This document shows, piece after piece, positions 9,903 to 19,362 of a DNA stretch of 64,000 nucleotides. Location of the stretch: positions 224,001 through 288,000 of the forward strand of contig CAWEMM010000002.1 in the NCBI GenBank assembly GCA_963810095.1, written 5' to 3'. Below the pieces are notes generated by a model. It had not been told where the DNA came from, searched no databases, and saw only the letters and a program-made list of their open reading frames with translations. A program made the position numbers and the translations under genes. The stretch comes from an uncultured Chloroflexia bacterium. GTDB taxonomy: Bacteria > Chloroflexota > Anaerolineae > CG2-30-64-16. Each line of letters starts with the position of its first letter. Position 1 is the first letter of the stretch.

Positions 9903-12158
9903 TTACTGCAGCCCGGTGAAGTCGCTGGCGGGCCAGTAGCCGGAGTCGATGACGGCTTCCTTGACGTTGTCCTTGGTAACGGTGACGATGGCGGACGGCT
10001 TGGCCGGCACGTCGATCTTGCCGTTGTTGTAGGTCGTGGTCTTCTCAGGCGTCTTGCCGGTCAGGAAGGCGACGGCGGCCGCGATGGCGTCGTCGGCCAG
10101 CGTGCGGGTGTCCTTGAGGACGGTCATCGACTGCTTGCCGTCGATGATGTACTGGATGGAGGCCTTTTCGGCGTCCTGGCCGGTGATCCAATACTTGGAG
10201 ACGTCCTTATCGGCGGCGAAGGCATCGGCGATCGAGCGGGCGGTGCCGTCGTTGGGGGCCAGGATGAAGACCTCGCCCTTGTCGGCCGCGGTGGTGGCGG
10301 TGAGGTTCGACTCGGCCAGGTTCTTGGCGACGTCGAACTTCCAGTCGGTGGTGGTCTGGCCGATGATCTTGGCCATCTCGTCGCGGGTCAGCTTGGCCTT
10401 GTCCTTGAGGGCGATGGCTTCCTGCGAGTTCTTGACGACGAAGGTGCCATCGGCGATCTTGGGCTGCAGCTTGTTCCAGGCGCCCTCGAAGAAGAGGAAG
10501 GCGTTGTTGTCAGACGCGGCGCCGGTGTAGAGGTACAGCGGGAGGCCGGTGCGGCCGGCGGCCTGCTTGATCAGGAAATCGCCCCAGGCTTCGCCGACGG
10601 CGACCGAGTCGAAGGTGACGTAGTAATCGACGGCGTCGGTCTCGCGGATCAGGCGGTCATAGGAGATGACCTTGATACCCGCATCGCGGGCTTCCTGAGC
10701 CGCCGCGGCAGCGGCCGTGGCATCCTGCGGGGTGATGACGATGACCTTGACGCCCTGGCTAATCAGCGCCTCGACGTTGGCCTTTTCCTTGGCCGAGTCG
10801 CCCTGGCTAAACAGGATCTGCGCATTGTAGCCGGCCTTCTTGAAGGCATCCTCAAAGCGGGCCTGGTCCTGCAACCAGCGGGGTTCGTCCTTGGTCGGCA
10901 GGATGATGCCAACCGAGCCACCGGCTGCAGCGGCCGGGGCGGTCGTCGCCGCAGGCGCCGTGCCGAGCGTATCGAGCCCGGTGAAGTCGCTGGCGGGCCA
11001 GTAGCCGGAGTCGATGACGGCTTCCTTGACGTTGTCCTTGGTGACGGTGACGATGGCGGACGGCTTGGCCGGCACGTCGATCTTGCCGTTGTTGTAGGTC
11101 GTGGTCTTCTCAGGCGTCTTGCCGGTCAGGTAAGCGACGGCAGCCGCGATGGCGTCGTCGGCCAGCGTGCGGGTGTCCTTGAGGACGGTCATCGACTGCT
11201 TGCCGTCGATGATGTACTGGATGGAGGCCTTTTCGGCGTCCTGGCCGGTGATCCAATACTTGGAGACGTCCTTATCGGCGGCGAAGGCATCGGCGATCGA
11301 GCGGGCGGTGCCGTCGTTGGGGGCCAGGATGAAGACCTCGCCCTTGTCAGCCGCGGTGGTGGCGGTGAGGTTCGACTCGGCCAGGTTCTTGGCGACGTCG
11401 AACTTCCAGTCGGTGGTGGTCTGGCCGATGATCTTGGCCATCTCGTCGCGGGTCAGCTTGGCCTTGTCCTTGAGGGCGATGGCTTCCTGCGAGTTCTTGA
11501 CGACGAAGGTGCCATCGGCGATCTTGGGCTGCAGCTTGTTCCAGGCGCCCTCGAAGAAGAGGAAGGCGTTGTTGTCAGACGCTGCGCCGGTGTAGAGGTA
11601 CAGCGGGAGGCCGGTGCGGCCGGCGGCCTGCTTGATCAGGAAGTCGCCCCAGGCTTCGCCGACGGCGACCGAGTCGAAGGTGACGTAGTAATCGACGGCG
11701 TCAGTCTCGCGGATCAGGCGGTCATAGGAGATGACCTTGATACCCGCATCGCGGGCTTCCTGAGCCGCCGCGGCAGCGGCCGTGGCATCCTGCGGGGTGA
11801 TGACGATGACCTTGACGCCCTGGCTAATCAGCGCCTCGACGTTGGCCTTTTCCTTGGCCGAGTCGCCCTGGCTGAACAGGATCTGCGCATTGTAGCCGGC
11901 CTTCTTGAAGGCATCCTCGAAGCGGGCCTGGTCCTGCAACCAGCGGGGTTCGTCCTTGGTCGGCAGGATGATGCCAACCGAGCCGGCAGCCGCGGCTACC
12001 GGGGCGGTCGTCGCCGCGGGCGCCGTCGTGGCTTGGGCTACCGGGGCGGTCGTCGCCGCGGGCGCGGCCGTGGGCTGGGCTGCCGGGGCGCCGCAGCCGA
12101 AGAGTACGCTGGCAACGGTTACCAGCAGCAGGGCGGTGAAGATCCAACGCTTGTTCAT
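9903..12158 (-). CDS. sugar ABC substrate-binding lipoprotein (ChvE-like) with two near-identical binding domains
   Basis: lipobox 'LFGC'; 'ILPTKDEPRW', 'ISYDRLI', 'TGQDAE', 'QSMTVLKD' each occur twice. Confidence 0.93.
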   Translation of the reverse strand: MNKRWIFTALLLVTVASVLFGCGAPAAQPTAAPAATTAPVAQATTAPAATTAPVAAAAGSVGIILPTKDEPRWLQDQARFEDAFKKAGYNAQILFSQGDSAKEKANVEALISQGVKVIVITPQDATAAAAAAQEARDAGIKVISYDRLIRETDAVDYYVTFDSVAVGEAWGDFLIKQAAGRTGLPLYLYTGAASDNNAFLFFEGAWNKLQPKIADGTFVVKNSQEAIALKDKAKLTRDEMAKIIGQTTTDWKFDVAKNLAESNLTATTAADKGEVFILAPNDGTARSIADAFAADKDVSKYWITGQDAEKASIQYIIDGKQSMTVLKDTRTLADDAIAAAVAYLTGKTPEKTTTYNNGKIDVPAKPSAIVTVTKDNVKEAVIDSGYWPASDFTGLDTLGTAPAATTAPAAAAGGSVGIILPTKDEPRWLQDQARFEDAFKKAGYNAQILFSQGDSAKEKANVEALISQGVKVIVITPQDATAAAAAAQEARDAGIKVISYDRLIRETDAVDYYVTFDSVAVGEAWGDFLIKQAAGRTGLPLYLYTGAASDNNAFLFFEGAWNKLQPKIADGTFVVKNSQEAIALKDKAKLTRDEMAKIIGQTTTDWKFDVAKNLAESNLTATTAADKGEVFILAPNDGTARSIADAFAADKDVSKYWITGQDAEKASIQYIIDGKQSMTVLKDTRTLADDAIAAAVAFLTGKTPEKTTTYNNGKIDVPAKPSAIVTVTKDNVKEAVIDSGYWPASDFTGLQ
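9910..11984. repeat. intragenic direct repeat, ~1010 bp x2 (9910-10919 and 10975-11984; period 1065 bp)
   Basis: direct comparison by eye shows about ten substitutions, only one changing the protein (AVAY/AVAF). Confidence 0.95.
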
Positions 12159-12296
12159 GCTTACTTCTCCTCTTGATTATGGAAATCGGCTTCGATCGTT
12201 TTGTCAGATCTGCGGTATGTTAGCGCCTGCTGGACCTCCTACTCTGACCGGCGAGAACGCAAGCGCGGTCGGCAGCGATTCCCGGGATCAAAGATG

Positions 12297-12384
12297 AATA
12301 TAGCACAGATGTCGAGCCACTGGTACGACCAACCGCAGCCCCCGCTATCGGATTCCCCATACTGGCGTTAGGGGGAAACCCTTA
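12297..12384 (-). promoter_or_regulatory. promoter of the sugar importer operon: extended -10 plus two 16-bp palindromic boxes
   Basis: minus-strand TGcTATATT (-10 at 12302-12297); boxes TATCGGATTCCCCATA (12346-12361) and TAGGGGGAAACCCTTA (12369-12384); same geometry as 16137-16224. Confidence 0.65.
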
Positions 12385-12391
12385 AGGCTAT

Positions 12392-13993
12392 CTAGAGTTC
12401 TTCTTTGGGTTCGCTGCGGCGATAGGGCACGTCGACCTGAATGAGGGCTCCGCCTTCCGGTCGATTCTGCAACCTCCATTGTCCGCCCAACAGGGCCACG
12501 CGCTCTGTAATTCCCAACACACCGTAGTGCCCCTGCTCTGATAGCTGCGCAAGGTCGAAGTCCTTGGGCAGGCCGCGACCATCGTCGGCGATGGACAGCA
12601 TGATCCGCCTTGGCGACCGGGACTCCAAGCGGACCTCGACCGACTTGGCGCCCGAGTGTTTCCGCACGTTGTTCAGCCCTTCCTGGACGATTCTGAAGAT
12701 GGAGAGCTCCGTCGACTCCGCCAACCTCCCCAGCGCCGGATCGAGGGTGAGCGTGACGCGTACGCCCGTGCGCTTGCTCCACTCGTATGTGTAGGACTGG
12801 AGCGCCGAACCGAGACCCAGGCTGTCGATGGTCGGCGGGCGGAGCGTGCCGCAGATCTGCCGCAAGTCGGTGATGGCGCCGTGCACGCTGCTGCGGATGG
12901 TCTGCAGCTCCGCTGCCACCGGCGACCCGGCGTCCGTGTCGGCCTGGAGCTCCTCCAACTGGTAACCCACCCCCAGCAGGTCCTGAATGACCTGGTCGTG
13001 GATCTCGCGCGCCAGCCGCTTGCGCTCTTGCTCCAGTTCGGTGAGGAGGCGCCGCTGCGCATCCTGGAGTGCCAGGTTGGCCCGATCGAGCGCATTGATC
13101 TGGTCCGCCAGCTGGTCGAAGAGCTGCTGTTCGATCCCGTTGCGCGACTGCAGCTCGCGCTCGAGCAGCGATTGGCGCTGGTAGAGCTTCTCGGCTCGCT
13201 CTCGGGCCCGGTAGTAGCTGTCGAGCGCCCAGATGATCGGGGTGAGCTGCTGTTGGTTCGTCGCGCCGACCATCGCCCCCAGGATCTCCTCGCGCGTGAC
13301 GGCGTCCGTCTGGTATTCGGCGGTGCAATTGCCGTGTCGCAGGACGAGGATGCGGTCCGTGACGCCCATGAGGTGGTCGACGTTGTCGCTGGCGAAGAGG
13401 ACGGCCGCGCCTTGCCGCTGCCACTCCTGCACCAGCGCAAGCAGTCGCTGCTGGTACGGGTAGCTGAGGACAACACCGGGATCGTCGATGACGATCAACC
13501 GGCGAGGATGGGTCATCGCCCGGGCGATCGCAATCAGTTGACGCTGTTCGATCGAGAGGTCGGACACGCCGGAGCGCAGCGAGGGATAGCGCATGCCTAG
13601 CTCTGCCAGGATCCGAGCGGCCTCGCGGTCCATCTCGTGCAGGTTGGGCACCCGCAGCCACCGACCCGCCACACTCCAGCCGAGCTCGCCCCCCAGGAAG
13701 ACGTTGTGCGTGATATCGAGGTTCTCGGCCATCTCCGGCTGCTGGCCCACGACTTCGATGCCCAGCCGTCGGGCCTGGAAGGGCCAGCGGACCTTGCGGC
13801 CCTCGAAGTACAGTTCCCCCGCGTCGGGTGCGTGGCTGCCCGCCAGCAGCGTGGCGACCGTGGTCTTGCCCGCGCCACTCTGCCCGGCCAGGCCGACGAC
13901 CTCGCCGGGGAGGATATCGAAGCTGAGATTCTGGATTCGCGAGAGCCGGCCCACATATTGGGACAGCTTAATCGCCCGCAGCAGTGGCTCCAC
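12392..13993 (-). CDS. fusion protein: degenerate ABC ATPase (NBD) + coiled coil + NarX-type (HisKA_3/HATPase) histidine kinase
   Basis: Walker A 'GQSGAGKTT'; altered signature 'LSIEQRQ', Walker B 'LIVIDDP' and switch 'ASDN'; then H-box 'ERKRLAREIHDQVIQ', N-box 'FRIVQEGLNNVRKHS', G1 'IADDGRG', G2 'GHYGVLGITER'; no TM segment. Confidence 0.9.
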   Translation of the reverse strand: MEPLLRAIKLSQYVGRLSRIQNLSFDILPGEVVGLAGQSGAGKTTVATLLAGSHAPDAGELYFEGRKVRWPFQARRLGIEVVGQQPEMAENLDITHNVFLGGELGWSVAGRWLRVPNLHEMDREAARILAELGMRYPSLRSGVSDLSIEQRQLIAIARAMTHPRRLIVIDDPGVVLSYPYQQRLLALVQEWQRQGAAVLFASDNVDHLMGVTDRILVLRHGNCTAEYQTDAVTREEILGAMVGATNQQQLTPIIWALDSYYRARERAEKLYQRQSLLERELQSRNGIEQQLFDQLADQINALDRANLALQDAQRRLLTELEQERKRLAREIHDQVIQDLLGVGYQLEELQADTDAGSPVAAELQTIRSSVHGAITDLRQICGTLRPPTIDSLGLGSALQSYTYEWSKRTGVRVTLTLDPALGRLAESTELSIFRIVQEGLNNVRKHSGAKSVEVRLESRSPRRIMLSIADDGRGLPKDFDLAQLSEQGHYGVLGITERVALLGGQWRLQNRPEGGALIQVDVPYRRSEPKEEL

Positions 13994-15068
13994 GGTGAGC
14001 TCCTCGCCGTTTCCGCCGCCAATAGTCCAGCAGGACGGCTACCAGGATTGCCGCGCCAATAATCGTGATCTGCCAATCCGAAGGGCCGCCGAGCAGCACC
14101 AGCCCGTTGTAGAGCATCTGGGTGATGCCCGCGCCGAGCAAGACGCCCAGGGCCGCGCCCACCCCGCCGAACAAGCTTGCGCCGCCAATCACCGAAGCGG
14201 CCACGACGTCGATCTCGTAGCCGATCGCAGCAGTTGGCTGCGCGACGCCCAGCCTGGCAGCGAAGACCAACCCGCCGAGCGCGGCCAGCAGCCCACACAA
14301 CGTGTACACCAGCACCTTCAGCCGCTTGACGTTGACGCCCGTAACCGTCAGCGCACGTTCGCCGCTGCTTACTGCGTAGATGTCGCCGCCCAGAACCGTG
14401 CGTGTGAGCAAGAGCTTGACCAGCAGGGCCACGAGCAGCGCGAGCACGAACGGCGCCGGCAGGATCCACGGGCCGAGCGCGAGGTCGGTCTGGCCGAGCC
14501 GGACAAACTGGGGGGGCAGGTTCGTCACCGGCCAGCCGCGGGTGAGGTTGTACGCAAAGCCCCGGGCGATGCTCATGGTCGCCAGCGTGACGACGAAGGC
14601 CGGCAGCCGGATGTGCGCGGTCAGCATCCCGTTCACCCAGCCAATGACCAGTCCGACGCTCAGGCCGATCGCAACGGCGAGCGGCACGGCTGCGCCCAAC
14701 TGCATCGAGCGCGATGCCATGAGTCCCGCCAAGGCCATGGTTGCACCGACCGACAGGTCGATGCCGCCGATGATGATGACCAGGCTTTCGCCCAACGCGA
14801 CGATGGCCAGCCAGGAGATATTGCGCAGCAGGCCGGCGATGTTCTGAGGCGTGAGAAACGTCTCGCTTTTGAGGCTCAGGAAGGTGAAGACCACGAAAAA
14901 GACAAGGCCGATCAGAAAGACCTCGCGGGCGAACACCAGCCGCCAGGCGCGGCGAAGCAACTCCCCCAGGCGGGCAGTCTCCAGGGTCCTCCGTTCGGCC
15001 GATGTCTTCGGAGCGATCGCCAATGACTCTCCCTGAAAGATTTCGGGTGGTGCTGCCGGTTCGGCCAC
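13968..15068 (-). CDS. sugar ABC transporter permease (RbsC-like), partner of the NBD-kinase
   Basis: 'GGIDLSVG', 'LPAFVVTLATM', 'GYEIDVVAASVIGGASLFGG'; overlaps the start of the NBD-kinase. Confidence 0.9.
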   Translation of the reverse strand: MAEPAAPPEIFQGESLAIAPKTSAERRTLETARLGELLRRAWRLVFAREVFLIGLVFFVVFTFLSLKSETFLTPQNIAGLLRNISWLAIVALGESLVIIIGGIDLSVGATMALAGLMASRSMQLGAAVPLAVAIGLSVGLVIGWVNGMLTAHIRLPAFVVTLATMSIARGFAYNLTRGWPVTNLPPQFVRLGQTDLALGPWILPAPFVLALLVALLVKLLLTRTVLGGDIYAVSSGERALTVTGVNVKRLKVLVYTLCGLLAALGGLVFAARLGVAQPTAAIGYEIDVVAASVIGGASLFGGVGAALGVLLGAGITQMLYNGLVLLGGPSDWQITIIGAAILVAVLLDYWRRKRRGAHRGATAAGD

Positions 15069-15089
15069 TGCGCCGGGCGTGGCCGGGCC

Positions 15090-16130
15090 TTACGCGAGCA
15101 CGTCGTCGATCATCAAGCGCAGGCTCGCAGCGTCCAGGTCTTTCTTGTCGAGCAGGGCAGATGCGCCCGCCGCGATGCCGAGGCGGCGAAACTCGCGGTC
15201 GGGGTAGGCCGTGATCAGGACGATGCGCGAGTGGGGCCACGAGGCCTTGATGCGCCGGGCGCATTGGATCCCGTCTTCTTCGCCCAAAATCACGTCGACC
15301 AGCACAAGCTTGGGCATGACCTCCTCGGTCAGGCGAATGGCTTCGCTCGTGTTGCCCGCTTCGTAGATGACCGCCTGCGGGTATGCCCGGCCCAACATGC
15401 GCCGCAGCTGGTTCCGATAACGCGGGTTATCGTCTACGAGCAGCGTCGCCAAGCCGCTGCGCGGGAGCAAATCCGCGACACTTAACCCCGCGGAAGGTTG
15501 GTTGAGCACCTCGGGGTGTTCCGTCACGTAACGCACGGCTTCGAGGCGGCTCTGCACATTCAGGTGCCGGTAGATGCGCGTGAGATGGTTCTCGATGGTC
15601 TTGACGCTCAGGCCCGTCTCGCGGGCGAGGCTCTGGTTATCATGACCCTGGCTCAGCAGGGCCAGGATTTCCCGCTGGCGTTCGGTGAGGGTCGACGAAG
15701 ACGAGGTGAACTCGGCATAGCTGAGCAGTTTGCCGATGAGATGGCTGCTGATCCAGCGCTCGCCGTCGAGCACCCGCTGCACCGCGAGGCGCAGGTCGCT
15801 CAGCGGCTGGTCCTTAAGGTGGTACCCGTCGACTCCCACGCCGAGCAGGCCCTGCACGTACGCGTCGTCGTCATATGCGCTGACGACGAGGATCTTGAGG
15901 GCCGGGTAGCGCCGGCGTATCTCGCGCATGGCCCCGATTGGTTCAAAGTGGGGCATGGTCACGTCGATGACCAGCAGGTCAGGTTGCAGGCGTTCGAGCG
16001 CCGGGGTCAGGGTTGGGCCGTCGCCCACTTCACCCACGACCTCCAGGTTGTCCAGTCCCTCCAGCGCATTCCGGATGCCCGACCGGACGACTGCGTGGTC
16101 ATCTGCTAACAGTACCCGCACGTTTTCCAT
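15090..16130 (-). CDS. response regulator, REC - LuxR HTH - REC architecture
   Basis: 'LLADDH...LVIDVTMP' REC; 'LTERQREIL...LSVKTIENHLTRIYRHL' HTH; second REC 'LLVDDN...VLVDVIL...LLDK'. Confidence 0.92.
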   Translation of the reverse strand: MENVRVLLADDHAVVRSGIRNALEGLDNLEVVGEVGDGPTLTPALERLQPDLLVIDVTMPHFEPIGAMREIRRRYPALKILVVSAYDDDAYVQGLLGVGVDGYHLKDQPLSDLRLAVQRVLDGERWISSHLIGKLLSYAEFTSSSSTLTERQREILALLSQGHDNQSLARETGLSVKTIENHLTRIYRHLNVQSRLEAVRYVTEHPEVLNQPSAGLSVADLLPRSGLATLLVDDNPRYRNQLRRMLGRAYPQAVIYEAGNTSEAIRLTEEVMPKLVLVDVILGEEDGIQCARRIKASWPHSRIVLITAYPDREFRRLGIAAGASALLDKKDLDAASLRLMIDDVLA

Positions 16131-16136
16131 AATGAT

Positions 16137-16224
16137 ATTCTAGCATCGGCATCGCCGTCTGCCAATGGGGCTTCGCTCTTCGCAGTGCGGCATTACCCAC
16201 GTGACCTTTGAGGGATTTCCCCCA
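16137..16224 (-). promoter_or_regulatory. promoter of the regulator-permease-kinase operon (probably leaderless) with two 16-bp boxes
   Basis: minus-strand TGcTAGAAT (-10 at 16142-16137) 7 nt from ATG 16130; boxes TGCGGCATTACCCACG (16186-16201) and TGAGGGATTTCCCCCA (16209-16224). Confidence 0.65.
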
Positions 16225-16238
16225 TGCTAGTGCCCGCC

Positions 16239-17252
16239 TCAGGGCGTCCAGCCGCTCGTAGTCCACTCGTGCGGAATGCGCCGGTTGTCCAGTTGGGCTT
16301 CATACTCGCGCAGGTTCTGGGCCGTCACCACATCCACCCCCGTGCTGATCACGCCATCCACGGCGCCCAATTCGTTCAGCGCCGCGTCCTTGCCCTTTCG
16401 GCGGATCAAGTCGATGATTTGCACGGATTGGTAGCCCATGTCGTACTCGCGCTGCGCGACGACCGCGTCGATGCTGCCTGTCTTGATGCCGCTAATGCTG
16501 TCGGACGTGGCGTCGAAGCACACCACTTTGATCTCGCCCGCCGCGTTCGCCTCGCCGATCGCTGTCGCCCATGCCGGCCCGTTATAGGCGTAGACGCCGA
16601 AAGCGCCGGCCAGGTCGGGGTGCGTCAGCAAGATTGAATTGGAGAGCTGCAGCGCCACCGCGGCGTCCTCGCGATCGTTGAGCGGGGGCAGCGCCTCGAT
16701 CCCACTGCCCGCCACCGCGGCCTTGAACCCATCCGTTCGCTGCAGCGCGTTGAGCGCCGTGTCTGAGCCGCGCACGATGCCGACCTTCCCGCCCTTCGGG
16801 AGCAGGCGCGCCATGGTCTCGCCTGCAATGCGGCCCGCTGCGAGGTTGTCCGTCCCGATGTAGGCGTTCGACACGCTTCCGTCGACGGGCGGGGTGTCCA
16901 GGGTAGTGACGATAATCCCGGCGCCGGTCGCCTTCCGCATCACCTGCTCCAGCGCTTCGGGGTTCGAGGGCGCGATGGCAATGCCCGTCACCCGCTGCGC
17001 GATGTACGTCTCCATTAGTTGGATCTGCGCGGCCACGTTTTCTTGCGGGGGCACGACAAGGGTCGCGTCGACGCCCAGGTCCCTGCCGGCTACCAGCACG
17101 CCCTTTTCGACGTTGGTCCAATAAGGGTTCATCGACTTGCCGATGACCACGATCTTGGGGCGCGGGGCCGCACTGGCCGGCGCGGGACCACTGCACGCCG
17201 CGGCCGCCGAGACGACCGTGAGGGTGAGAACCAGGATGAGGGCGTGCCGCAT
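16239..17252 (-). CDS. sugar-binding lipoprotein (RbsB / Peripla_BP_4 family)
   Basis: signal peptide with lipobox 'AAAC'; 'KSMNPYW', 'YIGTDN', 'NALQRTDGF', 'VVCFD', 'VAQREYDMG'. Confidence 0.9.
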   Translation of the reverse strand: MRHALILVLTLTVVSAAAACSGPAPASAAPRPKIVVIGKSMNPYWTNVEKGVLVAGRDLGVDATLVVPPQENVAAQIQLMETYIAQRVTGIAIAPSNPEALEQVMRKATGAGIIVTTLDTPPVDGSVSNAYIGTDNLAAGRIAGETMARLLPKGGKVGIVRGSDTALNALQRTDGFKAAVAGSGIEALPPLNDREDAAVALQLSNSILLTHPDLAGAFGVYAYNGPAWATAIGEANAAGEIKVVCFDATSDSISGIKTGSIDAVVAQREYDMGYQSVQIIDLIRRKGKDAALNELGAVDGVISTGVDVVTAQNLREYEAQLDNRRIPHEWTTSGWTP

Positions 17253-17263
17253 TCCCCGGCGCC

Positions 17264-18121
17264 TTACGCGAACAGCGGGGTCATCTGCCGGCCAGCCGCC
17301 ATTCTCTGCATTTCTTCTTCGCTCGGCGCAGCTTGGAACCGGCTTGCGGCGTCCAGCACCTTCGGCAGCAAGTTCACGTCGCCTGCCGTGTTCAGAAACA
17401 CGCCGGGCTGCCCCAGCACGAACCACACGGCGCGGTCCAGGTCGGCCTGGTCCTCGAGCGTCTCGTACCAGGTCGTGCGCGTGTGGGGCTTCTCGCCCCA
17501 CGGTCCAACCGCCACCGATTTGATGATCTGCACGGCAACGTTCCGGGTCCGACAGGTGTCGAGCAGCGTCTCGAATTCCTGTTGATAGGCCGGGTTTTGG
17601 CTCAACGGGTAGTTGTAGGGCAGGAGCACGGCGTCGAAGTCGTGCCGCGCCAGGCTGCGCAGGTGCATGCGTGGGACAGCAAGCTCATGCCCCGTCACGC
17701 CAACGAAGCGCGTCAGCCCTTGCGCCTGCGCTTCCAGCACCGCCTCCAGTGCACCGTCGGCGCCCATCGCCGTTTGCCATTCACCCTCATCCACCAGGAA
17801 GTGCAGCTGCAGGAGGTCGACGTGGTCGGTCTGCAGCCGGTCGAGGGAGCGCCGGAACTCGTCCCAGGCCTTCGTCTTTGTCCGTTCGCCGGTCTTGGTC
17901 GCGAGGAAGAACTGGTCCCGGTGCCGCTTCATCCACGGGCCAATCCGGTCCTCCGCAGCGCCGTAAGAAGCCGCGGTGTCGATGTGGTTAACCCCGTACT
18001 CCAACAGCACGTCGAGCGTGCGGTCGGCCGTCTCCTGCGAGACGTCCCAAAACGCCGCCGCGCCGAACACGGCCCGCGTGCTTTCATGTCCCGTCCGACC
18101 AAACATCGCCTTCTCGATCAT
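17264..18121 (-). CDS. aldo/keto reductase
   Basis: 'FGRTG', '[12 protein letters not shown]', 'FLATKT', '[16 protein letters not shown]'. Confidence 0.92.
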   Translation of the reverse strand: MIEKAMFGRTGHESTRAVFGAAAFWDVSQETADRTLDVLLEYGVNHIDTAASYGAAEDRIGPWMKRHRDQFFLATKTGERTKTKAWDEFRRSLDRLQTDHVDLLQLHFLVDEGEWQTAMGADGALEAVLEAQAQGLTRFVGVTGHELAVPRMHLRSLARHDFDAVLLPYNYPLSQNPAYQQEFETLLDTCRTRNVAVQIIKSVAVGPWGEKPHTRTTWYETLEDQADLDRAVWFVLGQPGVFLNTAGDVNLLPKVLDAASRFQAAPSEEEMQRMAAGRQMTPLFA

Positions 18122-18235
18122 CTGCCATCCTCTCTCCAAACGCAGTCTCTACGACCGCCGAGAAACCAGGTCACAAAGTTCCAGAAAGCTGTGCTGCAGT
18201 GTCTGGTCCTTCGTGGCTCACTCTGTGGAAGGCCC

Positions 18236-19094
18236 CTATTTCTTGCTGTAATCGTAGAAGCCCGCGGCCGCTCTTGCGGCCCAGCCAGCCCGCGCTCACC
18301 ATGCGGCGGAGCAGCGGCGGCGCGGCGAAGCGCGGATCCTTGGTCTCATCAAACACGGCGTCTGCCACAAACAACGTCGTGTCGAGCCCGACGAAGTCGA
18401 GCAGGGTGAAGGGGCCCATGGGGTGGTTCAATCCGAGCCGGATCGCCGTGTCAAAGTCTTCCTTGGTTGCAACGCCCTTTTCGAGCTCGGCGATGGCCTG
18501 CAGGAGATAGGGGATCAGCAGCAAGTTGACGATAAAGCCGGGCGTATCCTTGCTGACCACGATGGTCTTGCCCAGATTCTCGCCGAAAGCCTTGGCCGTC
18601 TGGAACGTCTCTTCGCTGGTGAGAAACGTGCGCACCATCTCCAGCAGGGGCATGACGGGCACGGGCTGCATGAAGTGCAGGCCCAGCACCTTGTCGGGGC
18701 GCTTGGTTGCTGCGGCCATGTCGGTGATGGCGAGCGAAGAGGTATTGGACGCGAGGATAGCATGGGGCGGCGTCACCGCATCCAGCTCGGCGAAGATCTT
18801 GCGTTTGAGGTCCAGGTTTTCGACGGCGGCCTCGATCACGAGGTCGCAGTCAGCGAAGGCATTGATGTCCGTCGTCCCGATGATGCGGAGCTGCGCCGCG
18901 TCCCGGTCTTCGGCGGCCAGCTTGCCCTTGGCAACCGCGCGGTCGAGAGAGTCTGTCAGGCGCTTCATCCCCGCGTTCAGCAGGTCGGGGGTTTGCTCAC
19001 GCACGATGACGGTGTAGCCGCCCTTGGCGACGACCTCCGCGATACCCGAACCCATCAGGCCGCAGCCCACCACGCCCACTCGTTCGATAGCCAT
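18236..19094 (-). CDS. 3-hydroxybutyryl-CoA / 3-hydroxyacyl-CoA dehydrogenase (extra G near 18262 shifts the last codons)
   Basis: 'VVGCGLMGSGIA', 'EAAVENL', 'ASNTSSL', 'GLHF', 'HPMGP', 'GRKSGRG'; removing one G restores 'GFYDYSKK*'. Confidence 0.92.
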
Positions 19095-19362
19095 GTTCAG
19101 CCCTCCTTGGCCAACAGATAGCGATCCACGACCGCGCCAGTATAGCGTCTTGCGGCGCGCATGACAAGCGTTTAGATTCCTCAGCGAATTCTTGACCGTC
19201 ATTAATCCAAAGCACGGCCTTTATTCGTACTTTGTTGAGGTTGCCGCTGCGCGCAGCAGCGGTCGGCAACGCTCGTTACAGTCGTTAGTGTGCCAAAGCG
19301 CGATCATGACGCTCGTTCTCGCGGCGTCCCCGCGCAAAACCCCCTTAGTAAGGAGAACTCGT

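Noticed and set aside
9910-11984. Template/variable repeat pair of a diversity-generating retroelement (also considered for 36468-38863)
   Set aside because: Differences are few and mostly synonymous, both copies are coding, and there is no reverse transcriptase in the window.
19095-19362. Possible riboswitch or ncRNA in the intergenic region before the cytochrome c gene
   Set aside because: Only one hairpin (about 19240-19270) and no recognisable riboswitch consensus; an Rfam scan would be needed.
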